This document shows positions 48,907 to 63,520 of a stretch of 64,000 nt of DNA, piece by piece. Position 1 is the stretch's first letter; every line of letters begins with the position of its first letter. The notes below the pieces were generated by a model. The model was not told the origin of the DNA, searched no databases, and was given only the letters and a program-made list of their open reading frames with translations. Where the stretch lies: assembly GCA_963769445.1 (NCBI GenBank), contig CAVYLO010000001.1:47545-111544 (forward strand). Direction: 5' to 3'. The translations under genes and the position numbers were made by a program. This DNA is from an uncultured Actinomycetota bacterium (GTDB lineage Bacteria; Actinomycetota; Actinomycetes; Propionibacteriales; Nocardioidaceae).

Positions 48907-50130
48907 CCACAAGACTCACACGCATCCAGCTGGTCGTCTTCGCGATCATCACCGTGATCGGTGGCGCCTTCGTCGGCGGGCGCTACGCCCAGATCGACCG
49001 CTTGTTCGTCGACCGGACCTTCCCGGTCAGCGCCCAGTTCAGCGACTCCGGCGGCATCTTCGCGGGCGCCCAGGTCACGTATCGAGGCATCGAGGTCGGC
49101 CGGGTCGGCAAGCTGACGTTCAAGAACAACGGGGTCGAGGCTCGTCTCGACATCGAGAACAGCGCTCCCGACATCCCCGGCGACGTCCTGGTCGTGGTGG
49201 CCAACAAGTCCGCCATCGGCGAGCAGTTCATCGACCTGCAGCCGCGCAGCAACAAGCCGCCGTTCCTGAAGGCCGGCACCAAGGTCACGTTGGAGAACAC
49301 CCGCATCCCGCATCGACACCACCACGTTGCTGATCGATCTGGACCGACTGGTCTCGTCGGTCGATCTCGAGAGCATGCGAACGGTCGTCTCGGAGTTCGG
49401 TCAGGCCTTCGAGGGCACCGGGGACGACCTCTCGACGATCCTGGACTCGTCCAACGAGTTCATCAACGCAGCCGATGACAACATCGACGTCACGCGAGCG
49501 TTGATCCAAGATTCTCGCAAGGTCCTGCAGACCCAGCTCGACAAGCAGGGTGAGATCAGCACCTTCTCGCGCAATCTGGCACTCGTGTCACAGTCGTTCG
49601 TCAACGCCGATCCCGATCTGCGACGTCTGTTCGACCAGGGAACGGTTGGCGCCAAGAACCTCAACCTGCTGGTCAAGGAGAACCACAAGGACCTCACCGT
49701 CTTGATCAACAACTTCGTCACGGCCGGAAAGCCGCTGTCGGAGAACGTGCTGGGTCTGAAGGCGACGTTCATCCTCTACCCGTATCTGGTCGAGGGCTCG
49801 TACAGCGTGCTGGAGCCGAGCGAGACTGAGCCGGGCGAATTCGACGCAGCCTTCGGTCTGGTGGAATCGCAGGAAGCGGCCAAGCCGTGCACCTGGCAGG
49901 ACGGAGTCGACGGCCGCGAGGCCAAGGGGCAGTCCGGATACCGTGAGCGGCGCGATGGTTCGGACACTTCGGACCTCTACTTCCCGACGCCTCAGGGCAT
50001 CGATTGTAAGGTTTCGAACAACGACATCGATCGCCAGCCGTCCAAGACAGAATTCCTGAACCGGACGGCGCCCGCCGACTCCGGAAAGGACGCCTTGTCG
50101 TGGCTCCTGCTCGACCCGGTCACCCGGTGA
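48903..50130 (+). CDS. MCE-family protein F (apparent extra base at about 49307-49311)
   Basis: SGGIFAGAQVTYRGIEVGRV, NKSAIGEQFIDL; continues in ORF 49327..50130. Confidence 0.85.
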
Positions 50131-50753
50131 CCGACGCTCCTGACCGCCGTACCGTCCCGCCGATTGCCTGGACCTTGGGCGTGCTCGGGCTCGTCCTCGC
50201 GATCGTGGGAGGCGTGCTGTTCGCGCTCCCGGCGAGAGGCGGCGCACAGGCCGACAGCGCCGAGGCCAAGAAGGTCGTCGCACGGGTCACCGACTTCGCG
50301 GTCGCCTACAACACCTACGACGTCGCGGACGCCAAGGAGTACCAGGACCGGCTCTCCGGGTTGTTGACCACCGAGTATCAGGCGGAGGTCGTCAAGATCA
50401 CTGACGCCCTCTTCACCGCGATCAAGGACAAGAAGCAGAAGAGCGGCAACGCCCAGGTCCTTGCCGTGGCGATCGACAGCATGGATGACGACTCGGCAGT
50501 GGTTCTGGCGGTGGTCGATGCCAAGGTGACCAACACCGACAACGAGGCGGCCGTCGTTCGCCAGTTCCGGTGGACGATCGACGTGAAGAAGGTCAAGGGG
50601 GAGTGGCGGGTGTCGAAGTTCGAGTCCGTCGCCGCGCAGCCTGCAGATGCCGATCAGGGCGACGGCTCGGCGACCGATCCGGAAGCGGCCACGCCGTCCG
50701 CCCCCACGCCGTCGTCGACGGCCAGCCCTTCTGCTGAGGTGACGCCCCAATGA
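50127..50753 (+). CDS. Mce-associated membrane protein (Mam/Mas)
   Basis: Single TM followed by an NTF2-like domain ending KVKGEWRVSKF; GTGA overlap with mceF. Confidence 0.8.
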   Translation: MTDAPDRRTVPPIAWTLGVLGLVLAIVGGVLFALPARGGAQADSAEAKKVVARVTDFAVAYNTYDVADAKEYQDRLSGLLTTEYQAEVVKITDALFTAIKDKKQKSGNAQVLAVAIDSMDDDSAVVLAVVDAKVTNTDNEAAVVRQFRWTIDVKKVKGEWRVSKFESVAAQPADADQGDGSATDPEAATPSAPTPSSTASPSAEVTPQ

Positions 50754-51592
50754 GCGACCGAACCCCTCCGCCCCCTCGCCGCCGCATCGCGGGCGAGACA
50801 TCGGCTCCCGCGCCAGCGAAGAAGGCTCCAGCGGCCAAGAAGAAAGCGCCGGCCAAGAAGGTCGCCCCGCAGACCGAGGTGCCGGCTGCCAAGAAGGCGG
50901 CCGCCCCGAAGAAGGCTCCGGCCGCCAAGAAGAAGGCACCCGCGGCCACCCAGGCCCCGGCGGCGAAGAAGGCCCCGGCGGCCAAGAAGGCCCCGGCAGC
51001 CAAGAAGACCCCGGTAGCGAAGCAGACCCCGGCGTCGACCGAGAAGACTCCGGTCGTGGCGGTGGCCCGACCGGCCGCCCGAACACCATCGGGCTCGACC
51101 GTGTCCCGGTTCAGCGTGTTGATGATCGGCGTCGCAGCACTGGCACTGATCGCCGGCGCCGTTGCCGGCGTCCTGGGCTTCCGTAGCTGGAACGGCACGT
51201 CACTCGTCGACGCGCAGGAGCAGGCGTCCTCAGCGGCGCGCAATGCGAGCGAGACGATCTTCTCGTTCAGCTTTGATTCGTTGGAGGAGCACACCACTGA
51301 CTCCAAGGCGCTGATGACGCCGGCGTATGCCAAGCAGTTCGACGCTGTGTCCCCGGCGCTCACCGACATCGCCCCGCAGCGCGAGATCACGGTCACCTCG
51401 GTCACTCGCAGCGCCGCCGCCCTGCCATGCGGTGACGAGTGCTCGACCAACGAGGTGTCCGTGCTGGTCTTCCTCGACCAGGATCGTCGCCTCGCGGAGG
51501 ACGACACCGCAACCGTCTTCGGCAATCGCATCGTGGTCGAGATGGTCAAGACCGACGGTGACTGGAAGGTCGACGACATCCGAGCTCTCTGA
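50750..51592 (+). CDS. Mce-associated membrane protein with N-terminal Lys/Ala/Pro (PAAKK) repeats
   Basis: RRRIAGE, repeated (A)PAAKK, TM, VLVFLDQ, MVKTDGDWKVDDI. Confidence 0.82.
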   Translation: MSDRTPPPPRRRIAGETSAPAPAKKAPAAKKKAPAKKVAPQTEVPAAKKAAAPKKAPAAKKKAPAATQAPAAKKAPAAKKAPAAKKTPVAKQTPASTEKTPVVAVARPAARTPSGSTVSRFSVLMIGVAALALIAGAVAGVLGFRSWNGTSLVDAQEQASSAARNASETIFSFSFDSLEEHTTDSKALMTPAYAKQFDAVSPALTDIAPQREITVTSVTRSAAALPCGDECSTNEVSVLVFLDQDRRLAEDDTATVFGNRIVVEMVKTDGDWKVDDIRAL

Positions 51593-51672
51593 GCCGGCAG
51601 TCTGATCGGCCTGCAACCGCAGGCAAAGCCAAAAACCATCCCTTACCGACGGTCATTTGTCAAGACCCGGCC

Positions 51673-51701
51673 TTGCTTCGGTGTGGCGCGCGGGTTACAC
51701 T
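51673..51701 (+). promoter_or_regulatory. Housekeeping sigma promoter of rpoBC
   Basis: TTGCTT-N17-TACACT about 150 bp upstream of rpoB. Confidence 0.65.
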
Positions 51702-51852
51702 GAACTTTCGCGTTCGTCTTGTCATGCCCTCCTCCCCTTGACCGGGGTCGTTTGGCGTGCGCACAGCGCGATGCACCATTCACAGCCGCACAGTGCCAGT
51801 AGTACACCGCAGTCTTACGCCACCAGACTGCGAGCCCTTGGAAGGACTCCTC

Positions 51853-54800
51853 TTGGCCGCCTCGCGTTCAACCGCAACTGTTCAGCCCCGCCGTATCTCC
51901 TTCGCCAAGATCGCAGAGCCTCTCGAAGTCCCAGAGCTTCTTGCTCTGCAGACCGACAGCTTTGCTTGGCTCATCGGCGATGACTCCTGGAAGACCCGGG
52001 TCGAGCAGTCGCTCGCCGAGGGTCGCACGGATGTCTCCACCCGCTCCGGGCTCGAGGACATCTTCGAGGAGATCTCACCGATCGAGGACTTCTCCGAGAC
52101 GATGAGCCTGTCGTTCCGGGACCACCGCTTCGAGCCGCCGAAGTACACCGTCGAGGACTGCAAGGACCGCGACGTCACGTACGCCGCGCCGCTGTTCGTC
52201 ACGGCTGAGTTCATGAACAACGAGACCGGCGAGATCAAGAGCCAGACCGTGTTCATGGGCGACTTCCCGCTGATGACCGACAAGGGCACCTTCATCATCA
52301 ACGGCACCGAGCGTGTCGTGGTGTCGCAGCTGGTGCGTTCGCCGGGTGTCTACTTCGAGCGCAACGCCGACAAGACGTCGGACAAGGACATCTTCACCGC
52401 GCGCGTCATCCCGTCGCGTGGCGCCTGGCTCGAGTTCGAGATCGACAAGCGTGATCTCGTCGGTGTCCGCCTGGATCGCAAGCGCAAGCAGAGCGTCACG
52501 GTGCTGCTCAAGGCGCTGGGCTGGACCGAAGCGCAGATCCTCGAGGAGTTCGGGCAGTACGAGTCCATCCAGCTGACGCTGGAGAAGGACACGCCCCAGA
52601 CCCAGGACGAGGCGCTGCTCGACATCTACCGCAAGCTGCGGCCGGGCGAACCGCCCTCGACCGAGGCTGCGCGCAACCTGCTGGAGAACTACTACTTCAA
52701 CCCGAAGCGGTATGACACGGCCAAGGTCGGGCGCCACAAGATCAACAAGAAGCTCGGTGTGACCGAGGCCTTCGATCAGCAGACGCTGACCATCGACGAC
52801 ATCGTCGCGACGATCAAGTACGTCGTGGCGTTGCACGCCGGCGAGGCCGAGCTGGCCGCACCGGTGGGCCCCACCGTCGTCGAGGCCGATGACATCGACC
52901 ACTTCGGCAACCGCCGCATGCGCACCGTCGGTGAGCTGATCCAGAATCAGCTCCGTACCGGCTTGGCCCGCATGGAGCGGGTCGTCCGCGAGCGCATGAC
53001 CACCCAGGACGTCGAGGCCATCACGCCGCAGACCCTGATCAACATTCGCCCGGTGGTCGCAGCGCTCAAGGAGTTCTTCGGAACGTCGCAGCTGAGCCAG
53101 TTCATGGACCAGAACAACCCGCTCGCGGGCCTGACGCACAAGCGTCGTCTGTCGGCCCTCGGACCGGGTGGTCTGTCGCGTGAGCGCGCTGGCTACGAAG
53201 TCCGCGACGTTCACCCGTCCCACTACGGCCGCATGTGCCCCATCGAGACTCCCGAGGGACCGAACATCGGTCTGATCGGCTCGCTGGCGTCCTACGGTCG
53301 GATCAACTCCTTCGGATTCGTCGAGACCCCGTACCGCAAGGTCGTCAAGGGCAAGGTCACGACGCAGATCGACTACCTGACCGCAACCGATGAAGACCGT
53401 TTCATCATCGCGCAGGCCAACTCGCCGCTGACGGAGAAGAGCACCTTCGCCGACGAGATGGTCCTGGTTCGTCAGCGTGGAGGCGAGGCCGAGCTGCTCG
53501 CCGCCCCGCAGGTCGACTACATGGACGTGTCGCCGCGCCAGATGGTGTCGGTGGCCACGGCCCTGATCCCGTTCCTGGAGCACGACGACGCGAACCGCGC
53601 CCTGATGGGCTCGAACATGCAGCGTCAGGCCGTCCCGTTGATCCGCAACGACGCCCCGCTCGTCGGCACCGGCATGGAGTTCCGTGCCGCCGTCGACGCC
53701 GGAGACGTCACGGTGGCCAAGGCCGCCGGCGTGGTCAAGGAGGTCTCGGCCGATCTGATCGAGATCACCCAGGACGACGGATCCAACTTCACCTACCGTC
53801 TGGCCAAGTTCCAGCGGTCCAACCAGGGCACCTGCACGAACCAGCGTCCGCTGGTCACGACAGGCGACCGGGTCGAGGTCGGCACACCGCTGGCCGACGG
53901 ACCGTGCACGGACGAGGGCGAGATGGCACTCGGCACGAACCTGCTGGTCGCCTTCATGCCCTGGCAGGGACACAACTACGAGGACGCCATCATCCTCAGC
54001 CAGCGTGTCGTGCAGGACGACGTGCTCACCTCGATCCACATCGAGGAGCACGAGGTCGACGCGCGCGACACCAAGCTGGGACCGGAGGAGATCACCCGGG
54101 ACATCCCGAACGTCTCCGACGAGATGCTCGCCGATCTCGACGAGCGCGGCATCATCCGCATCGGTGCCGAGGTCGGCAACGGCGACGTCCTGGTCGGCAA
54201 GGTCACGCCCAAGGGCGAGACCGAGCTCACCCCGGAGGAGCGCCTGCTGCGCGCCATCTTCGGTGAGAAGGCGCGCGAGGTGCGCGACACCTCGCTCAAG
54301 GTCCCCCACGGCGAGCAGGGCACCGTCATCGGTGTCCGCGTGTTCGATGCCGAGGAGGGCGACGAGCTCAGCCCCGGCGTCAACCAGCTGGTCCGCGTGT
54401 ACGTGGCCCAGAAGCGCAAGATCTCCAACGGTGACAAGCTCGCTGGCCGTCACGGCAACAAGGGCGTCATCTCCAAGATCCTGCCCGTCGAGGACATGCC
54501 GTTCCTGGAGGACGGCACCCCGGTCGACATCGTGCTGAACCCGCTGGGCGTGCCCGGCCGCATGAACGTCGGTCAGGTGCTCGAGACCCACCTCGGGTGG
54601 GTCGCGAAGGCTGGCTGGGACGTCAGCGATCTCAAGGACGAGTGGGCCGAACGCCTGCGCGCCATCGGTGCCGATCGGGCACCGGCCAACAGCAACGTCG
54701 CCACCCCGGTGTTCGACGGCGCTCGCGAGGACGAGATCCAGGGCCTGCTGGCCGCCACCCTGCCCAACCGCGATGGCCAGCGCATGGTCGGTCGCGACGG

Positions 54801-55314
54801 CAAGGCGCGATTGATCGACGGTCGCTCCGGCGAGCCGTTCCCGGACCCGGTCAGCGTGGGCTACATGTACCTGCTCAAGCTGCACCACCTGGTCGACGAC
54901 AAGATCCACGCCCGCTCCACGGGCCCGTACTCGATGATCACCCAGCAGCCGCTTGGCGGTAAGGCCCAGTTCGGTGGCCAGCGCTTCGGTGAGATGGAGG
55001 TCTGGGCACTGGAGGCCTACGGCGCCGCATACGCGCTGCAGGAGCTGCTGACGATCAAGTCCGACGACATCGCAGGCCGCGTCAAGGTCTACGAAGCGAT
55101 CGTCAAGGGTGAGAACGTGCCGGAGCCCGGCATCCCTGAGTCGTTCAAGGTGTTGGTCAAGGAGATGCAGTCGCTGTGCCTCAACGTCGAGGTGCTGTCC
55201 AGCGACGGATCTGCGTTCGACATGCGTGATGCCGAGGAGGACGTCTTCCGGGCGGCCGAGGAACTTGGCATCGACCTGTCGCGTCGCGAACCTTCCAGCG
55301 TCGAAGAAGTCTGA
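51853..55314 (+). CDS. rpoB: DNA-directed RNA polymerase subunit beta
   Basis: [58 protein letters not shown]; TTG start after GAAGGA. Confidence 0.99.
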   Translation: MAASRSTATVQPRRISFAKIAEPLEVPELLALQTDSFAWLIGDDSWKTRVEQSLAEGRTDVSTRSGLEDIFEEISPIEDFSETMSLSFRDHRFEPPKYTVEDCKDRDVTYAAPLFVTAEFMNNETGEIKSQTVFMGDFPLMTDKGTFIINGTERVVVSQLVRSPGVYFERNADKTSDKDIFTARVIPSRGAWLEFEIDKRDLVGVRLDRKRKQSVTVLLKALGWTEAQILEEFGQYESIQLTLEKDTPQTQDEALLDIYRKLRPGEPPSTEAARNLLENYYFNPKRYDTAKVGRHKINKKLGVTEAFDQQTLTIDDIVATIKYVVALHAGEAELAAPVGPTVVEADDIDHFGNRRMRTVGELIQNQLRTGLARMERVVRERMTTQDVEAITPQTLINIRPVVAALKEFFGTSQLSQFMDQNNPLAGLTHKRRLSALGPGGLSRERAGYEVRDVHPSHYGRMCPIETPEGPNIGLIGSLASYGRINSFGFVETPYRKVVKGKVTTQIDYLTATDEDRFIIAQANSPLTEKSTFADEMVLVRQRGGEAELLAAPQVDYMDVSPRQMVSVATALIPFLEHDDANRALMGSNMQRQAVPLIRNDAPLVGTGMEFRAAVDAGDVTVAKAAGVVKEVSADLIEITQDDGSNFTYRLAKFQRSNQGTCTNQRPLVTTGDRVEVGTPLADGPCTDEGEMALGTNLLVAFMPWQGHNYEDAIILSQRVVQDDVLTSIHIEEHEVDARDTKLGPEEITRDIPNVSDEMLADLDERGIIRIGAEVGNGDVLVGKVTPKGETELTPEERLLRAIFGEKAREVRDTSLKVPHGEQGTVIGVRVFDAEEGDELSPGVNQLVRVYVAQKRKISNGDKLAGRHGNKGVISKILPVEDMPFLEDGTPVDIVLNPLGVPGRMNVGQVLETHLGWVAKAGWDVSDLKDEWAERLRAIGADRAPANSNVATPVFDGAREDEIQGLLAATLPNRDGQRMVGRDGKARLIDGRSGEPFPDPVSVGYMYLLKLHHLVDDKIHARSTGPYSMITQQPLGGKAQFGGQRFGEMEVWALEAYGAAYALQELLTIKSDDIAGRVKVYEAIVKGENVPEPGIPESFKVLVKEMQSLCLNVEVLSSDGSAFDMRDAEEDVFRAAEELGIDLSRREPSSVEEV

Positions 55315-55384
55315 TCGCCCTCTTGTTGAGGCGACGACTTCCCCAGAACACGAACATTTCGAGAAACCAGGAAAGAAGCTCACT

Positions 55385-59200
<3,816 letters not shown>

Positions 59201-59220
59201 CCCTCGGTCTCAGCCGACCG

Positions 59221-59252
59221 CAGGCCCCTCACCCTTCGGGGTGGGGGGCCTG
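59221..59252 (+). terminator. Hairpin terminator after rpoC
   Basis: CAGGCCCCTCACCC-TTCG-GGGTGGGGGGCCTG, C(UUCG)G tetraloop. Confidence 0.8.
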
Positions 59253-59260
59253 TTCCGTCG

Positions 59261-59401
59261 TCCGCCGACGAGTCACGCAGTCCCGCCGACGAGTCGCGTA
59301 CGCCACGCGACGAGTCACACAGAACTGGCGGGGCCCACGGGCGGTGACTCCTCAGCGGGCCTGCGTGACTCCTCAGCGGGCGTGCGTGACTCCTCGGCGG
59401 G
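59261..59401. repeat. Inverted array of 21-bp tandem repeats (3 forward, 3 reverse)
   Basis: GACGAGTC cores at 59267, 59288, 59309 and GACTCCTC cores at 59346, 59367, 59388; unit approximately CCCGCCGA(C/G)GAGTCACGCACG. Confidence 0.9.
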
Positions 59402-60445
59402 GGTCGGGACCTCGCGAAACAGCCACGTCAGGTTGGGTTCGAAGAGCGGTTGGAAGACTCGCTTGACGACCTCGAGCATCAGCACATTGGCCAGCGCGAT
59501 GGCCACGATGATGGCGCCGAGCGCGGCCACGACGCCGTAGCCCTCCAGCTTGTCGAAGACGCCGAACTGCTGGTTGAGGATCAAGATGATGTATCCGTGC
59601 AGCAGGTAGCAGTAGAACGTGCGCTGACCCAGACGCGTGGTCCACGAGCGGCGCCGAGGTATCAGCGCGAGCGCAGCGAAGGACAGCGTGAATCCGATGA
59701 TCAGGAGCTCGGCACGCTGCGTGATGCCGTCCAGCGGGGTCGAGTTCAGGGGCGACTCGTCATAGCGGGCCTTGTACAGCAGCCAGTCGGTCGTCCAGTT
59801 GCGTGAGTACAGGTAGCACAGGACGAATGCCACTCCGAGGACGATCGCTGACGCGATCCGTACCGGGGTGCGGGACAGCATCAGGAAGCGCTCGCGGGTC
59901 ATGTGCAGCCCCACGACGTAGAACGGCAGGAAGCCGAGGATCTTGGGCAGTGCCAGCACATTGGGCACCTCGATCAGACCCACCAGCAACGAGATGACGA
60001 TCGACGTGGTGATCGGGTACTTCAACGCGCGCCAGATGGGGGTGGTCAGGCGCCACACGAACAGTGCTGCGAGGAACCACCCGAGCCACTGCGGTGACAG
60101 CAGCGCCAACGGATCCGGTCGGCCGGTGTAGTGCCGCATCAGCAGCTGCAGCGTGGTCTCGACGAGCAGATACGGCACCACCAGCGTGCTGATGATGCGT
60201 TTCACCTGGCGTGCATCGCCCATGTAGCGGCGGGCCGTGTAGCCGGAGATCAGGATGAAGAAGGGCATGTGGAACGCGTAGATCCACACGTACACCGCGC
60301 GCGCTGAGTCCATGGCCACGAACTGGGTCAGCGAGTGGCCGATGACGACCAGCAGCATGACCCAGTAGCGGGCGTTGTCGAGGTAGGCCACTCGCTCCTT
60401 GGGAGCTGCGGTGACGACCGGTAGTGATTCCAGGGCGCTCATCAT
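59315..60445 (-). CDS. Acyltransferase family 3 (OafA/YkrP-like) membrane protein
   Basis: RVAYLDNAR..LVVIGH, IYAFHMPFFILISGY, WFLAALF, YLLHG; TAGAAT just upstream of ATG. Confidence 0.9.
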   Translation of the reverse strand: MMSALESLPVVTAAPKERVAYLDNARYWVMLLVVIGHSLTQFVAMDSARAVYVWIYAFHMPFFILISGYTARRYMGDARQVKRIISTLVVPYLLVETTLQLLMRHYTGRPDPLALLSPQWLGWFLAALFVWRLTTPIWRALKYPITTSIVISLLVGLIEVPNVLALPKILGFLPFYVVGLHMTRERFLMLSRTPVRIASAIVLGVAFVLCYLYSRNWTTDWLLYKARYDESPLNSTPLDGITQRAELLIIGFTLSFAALALIPRRRSWTTRLGQRTFYCYLLHGYIILILNQQFGVFDKLEGYGVVAALGAIIVAIALANVLMLEVVKRVFQPLFEPNLTWLFREVPTPAEESRTPAEESRRPAEESPPVGPASSV

Positions 60446-60489
60446 CTGCGATTCTAGTGGGCCACGGCACGCCGACTGGAAAGGCACTG

Positions 60490-60951
60490 ATGAACGACGC
60501 CCACTGCACCCAGCGACTGGGCGCGTACGCGGTCGTCTTCCGCACCGACCCCGGGGACGAGCGGGTGCTGCTGACGCGGATCTCGCCGGTCGGGTTCCCG
60601 CCCGGTGCGTGGACGCTGCCGGGCGGGGGAGTGGATCACGGCGAGTCGCCGCACAGGGCGGTCGAACGCGAGCTCTACGAGGAAACCGGCCTACGTGCCG
60701 TGACCGTCCGACTCGTGGACGTGCATGACGTCCACGTGGTCGACATCGGTCGCGACGACCGGTACGAGGACTACCACGGAGTCCATCTGCTGTTCGCCGT
60801 CACTGTCGATGCAGACGTGCCGTTGCAGGTGATCGACGTGGGAGGCAGCACGGACCTGGCGCAATGGGTCCGGCTCGAGGACGTCGGCGACCTGCGCGTG
60901 CTCCCCATGGTCACCCACGTCCTGGAGCGACGGGAGCAGTTCTCCGACTGA
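60490..60951 (+). CDS. NUDIX hydrolase
   Basis: Nudix box GGGVDHGESPHRAVERELYEETGL; RBS AAAGG. Confidence 0.93.
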   Translation: MNDAHCTQRLGAYAVVFRTDPGDERVLLTRISPVGFPPGAWTLPGGGVDHGESPHRAVERELYEETGLRAVTVRLVDVHDVHVVDIGRDDRYEDYHGVHLLFAVTVDADVPLQVIDVGGSTDLAQWVRLEDVGDLRVLPMVTHVLERREQFSD

Positions 60952-60969
60952 GGACGTTTCTGCCTGACC

Positions 60970-62121
60970 TCAGAAGGTGCTGTCGGGCGGGTACACCATC
61001 AGCAGCACGTAGTTGCCGCGGGCCGACAGCACGTAGGTCGCACGGTAGAACGTGTCGCCCTTGCTGCCGCTGTAGGTGGTGCTGACCTCGTTGAGCTCGA
61101 CGGCGACGTCCTTGGCGACCGGACCGTCGGCTCGGTCGTTGACCCACGACTCGGCCAGGCTGTCGGCATCCTCGGCCTTGTCGGTCGTCAGCTCGACGAA
61201 TGACGGCTCGAAACCGCTGAGCAGGATCGTCGCACTGTCGGGAGCAACGAAGTCGTCCGCCAGCGGGGTGAGGCGGGTGGCGTCCAGATCCATGCTCGGC
61301 CAGAGCAGACCCGAGGGGTCCGGCGTGTCCTCGACCTCCCGCACGTCGCCGATGTCCCCGGACTCTCGTTCCGCCTGACCGATGCGGGGATCGCCGACGT
61401 ACTTGAGCTGCAGCGTCATGACCGGGCGGCGCAATGCCGACGGTGCTGCCGTGCGAGTCTTGATGTTGCCGGGATCCACCGTCACGATGACGTTGACCTC
61501 GCGCTGGTCCGACGTGGTCCCGCTGACGTCAAGTCGACATCCGGAGATGCGCTTCTTCGTCGACTCGCACCACGAGTCCAGATCGGTCGGCACGTCAGCC
61601 TCCGGCAGCATCGCCTCCAGCTGCGCCACCATGCGACCCACCACCTGGGTCGGCTCACCATCGATCCGCATCACCGAGATGACCGTGTCGGGGAGTGGCT
61701 CGTCCTCCAGGACGTTGAACGTGTCGTCGCTCGGACGGTCGTCGGGGGCCGGGGTAGGGGCGGTGGCGGTGGGATCCTCGGACTGACGTTCGGCCAGCTT
61801 GGCACGCGCGTCGGCGGCCTTCTGCGCCTCGCCCGCCTGCAGGTCGGGGGCGTAGGTGGCGATGAGCTGTTCGCTGCGGATGCGGGTCAGCGGTCCGAGC
61901 TGGGTGGCGCCGTCAGGGACCTGCAGGCCGTACCCGAGCGGGCTCTCCGGCCCGGACTCGAAGGGCGCGAGGTCGGAGTCGTCGGCCGTCGCGGCAGGTG
62001 TGGGCGAGCTCGACGCCGTCGCCGAGGGGGCGGGATCGGGGTCACCAGTCGAGGCCTGGCAGGCGGACGCCACGATCGCGAGGGCGGCCGCCGAGGCAGC
62101 GATGCGGTGGGACTTGCTCAT
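60970..62121 (-). CDS. Hypothetical lipoprotein
   Basis: Signal peptide with ASAC lipobox-like site, Pro/Thr/Ala linker; RBS AAGGAG before ATG 62121. Confidence 0.72.
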   Translation of the reverse strand: MSKSHRIAASAAALAIVASACQASTGDPDPAPSATASSSPTPAATADDSDLAPFESGPESPLGYGLQVPDGATQLGPLTRIRSEQLIATYAPDLQAGEAQKAADARAKLAERQSEDPTATAPTPAPDDRPSDDTFNVLEDEPLPDTVISVMRIDGEPTQVVGRMVAQLEAMLPEADVPTDLDSWCESTKKRISGCRLDVSGTTSDQREVNVIVTVDPGNIKTRTAAPSALRRPVMTLQLKYVGDPRIGQAERESGDIGDVREVEDTPDPSGLLWPSMDLDATRLTPLADDFVAPDSATILLSGFEPSFVELTTDKAEDADSLAESWVNDRADGPVAKDVAVELNEVSTTYSGSKGDTFYRATYVLSARGNYVLLMVYPPDSTF

Positions 62122-62230
62122 GAACACGCGGTCTCCTTCGAGCCCCAGCCTAGATTCCTCCACCCAGCGACTCTCGCGCAGGAGGTCGTTTGCGTAGGGT
62201 GCTGAGCATCACGACACAGGAGGCCCGCCC

Positions 62231-63520
62231 GTGAACCAGTTCGCACCCGAGCGTCCCGAGACCGTATTCACCTACGGTGCGCCCGGGCTGAAGTTCGGTG
62301 TCGGGGCACGATTCGAGCTCGGCCACGACCTGGCCCAGCTCGGCGCGCAGCGGGTGCTGGTCGTCACCGACCCGGGCGTCGCCGCCACCGGCTCGCCTGC
62401 CGAGATCGTCGAGACCTTGGCGCGCAGTGGCATCGAGGCGGTGCTGTTCGACCGCACCCGGGTCGAGCCGACCGATGGAAGCCTCGAGGAGGCGATCGCC
62501 TTCGGACGCGCCGAGGGACCATTCGACGTCATCGTGGCGATCGGTGGTGGCAGCAGCATCGACACGGCCAAGGCGGTCAATCTGCTCGTGACCAACGAGG
62601 GCGAGCTGATGGACTACGTCAACGCTCCGGTCGGCGGTGGCCGGGCGCCGGCGAAGCCGCTGCTGCCGCTGGTGGCGATCCCCACCACCACGGGCACGGG
62701 AAGCGAGAGCACCACGATCTGCGTGCTGGACGTGGTGAGTCAGCACGTCAAGACAGGAATCTCGCATTCTCGTCTGCGCCCGACCCTTGCCGTGGTCGAT
62801 CCTGAGCTGACCCTCACCCAGCCCGATGGCGTGACCGCCGCGTCCGGCCTCGACATCTTGTGTCACGCACTGGAGAGCTACACGGCGCGGCCCTTCACGT
62901 CCTATGAGCACAAGCAGGCCGATCAGCGCGTGCCGTACTGCGGCGCCAATCCGATCGCCGACATGTGGTCGGAGAAGGCGTTGAGCCTGATGGCCACGTC
63001 CTTTCGGACAGCCGTGCGCCATGGCGACGATCTCGGGGCTCGGACCCAGATGGCGATGGCTGCCACGTTCGCCGGTCTCGGGTTCGGCAATGCTGGTGTC
63101 CACATCCCGCACGCCAACGCCTATCCGATCGCTGGCCGGGTCAAGGACTTCCGACCCGCAGGCTACGAGGCCGACCACGCCATGGTGCCGCACGGCATGG
63201 CGGTCTCGCTCAGCGCGCCGGCCGCCTTCCGGTTCACCTTTCACGCCGCTCCTGACCGCCACGTGCGCGCTGCCGAGCTGCTCGCGCCTGCGGCGCTCCG
63301 TCCCGACGACGCAGCCGAGTTCCTGCCGTCCGTGCTGGCGGACGTCATGCGTGACGTCGGCATCCCGTCCGGTCTGGCCGAGGTCGGGTTCGACAGCTCT
63401 GACATCGGCGGACTGGTCGAGGGCACCATGATGCAGCAGCGGCTGTTGGCCACGGCACCCTGCGAGGTCCACGCGGACGACATCGCCACGATCCTCCAGC
63501 AGTCGATCGAGCTCTGGTGA
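62231..63520 (+). CDS. Hydroxyacid-oxoacid transhydrogenase (ADHFE1/HOT-like, iron-containing ADH family)
   Basis: EPTDGS, GGGSSIDTAKAVNL, YVNAPVGGG, PTTTGTGSE, DILCHALESYT, AGVHIPH..YPIAG, VPHG. Confidence 0.88.
   Translation: MNQFAPERPETVFTYGAPGLKFGVGARFELGHDLAQLGAQRVLVVTDPGVAATGSPAEIVETLARSGIEAVLFDRTRVEPTDGSLEEAIAFGRAEGPFDVIVAIGGGSSIDTAKAVNLLVTNEGELMDYVNAPVGGGRAPAKPLLPLVAIPTTTGTGSESTTICVLDVVSQHVKTGISHSRLRPTLAVVDPELTLTQPDGVTAASGLDILCHALESYTARPFTSYEHKQADQRVPYCGANPIADMWSEKALSLMATSFRTAVRHGDDLGARTQMAMAATFAGLGFGNAGVHIPHANAYPIAGRVKDFRPAGYEADHAMVPHGMAVSLSAPAAFRFTFHAAPDRHVRAAELLAPAALRPDDAAEFLPSVLADVMRDVGIPSGLAEVGFDSSDIGGLVEGTMMQQRLLATAPCEVHADDIATILQQSIELW

Noticed and set aside
51746-51756. GTCGTTTGG half-site of the cluster operator in the rpoB leader
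   Set aside because: No matching second half; expected by chance
53065-53180. Rifampicin-resistant rpoB allele
   Set aside because: Cluster I reads [25 protein letters not shown], with the usual sensitive-type Gln, Asp, His and Ser residues
59261-59401. CRISPR array
   Set aside because: Units are contiguous without unique spacers, half are inverted, and there are no cas genes
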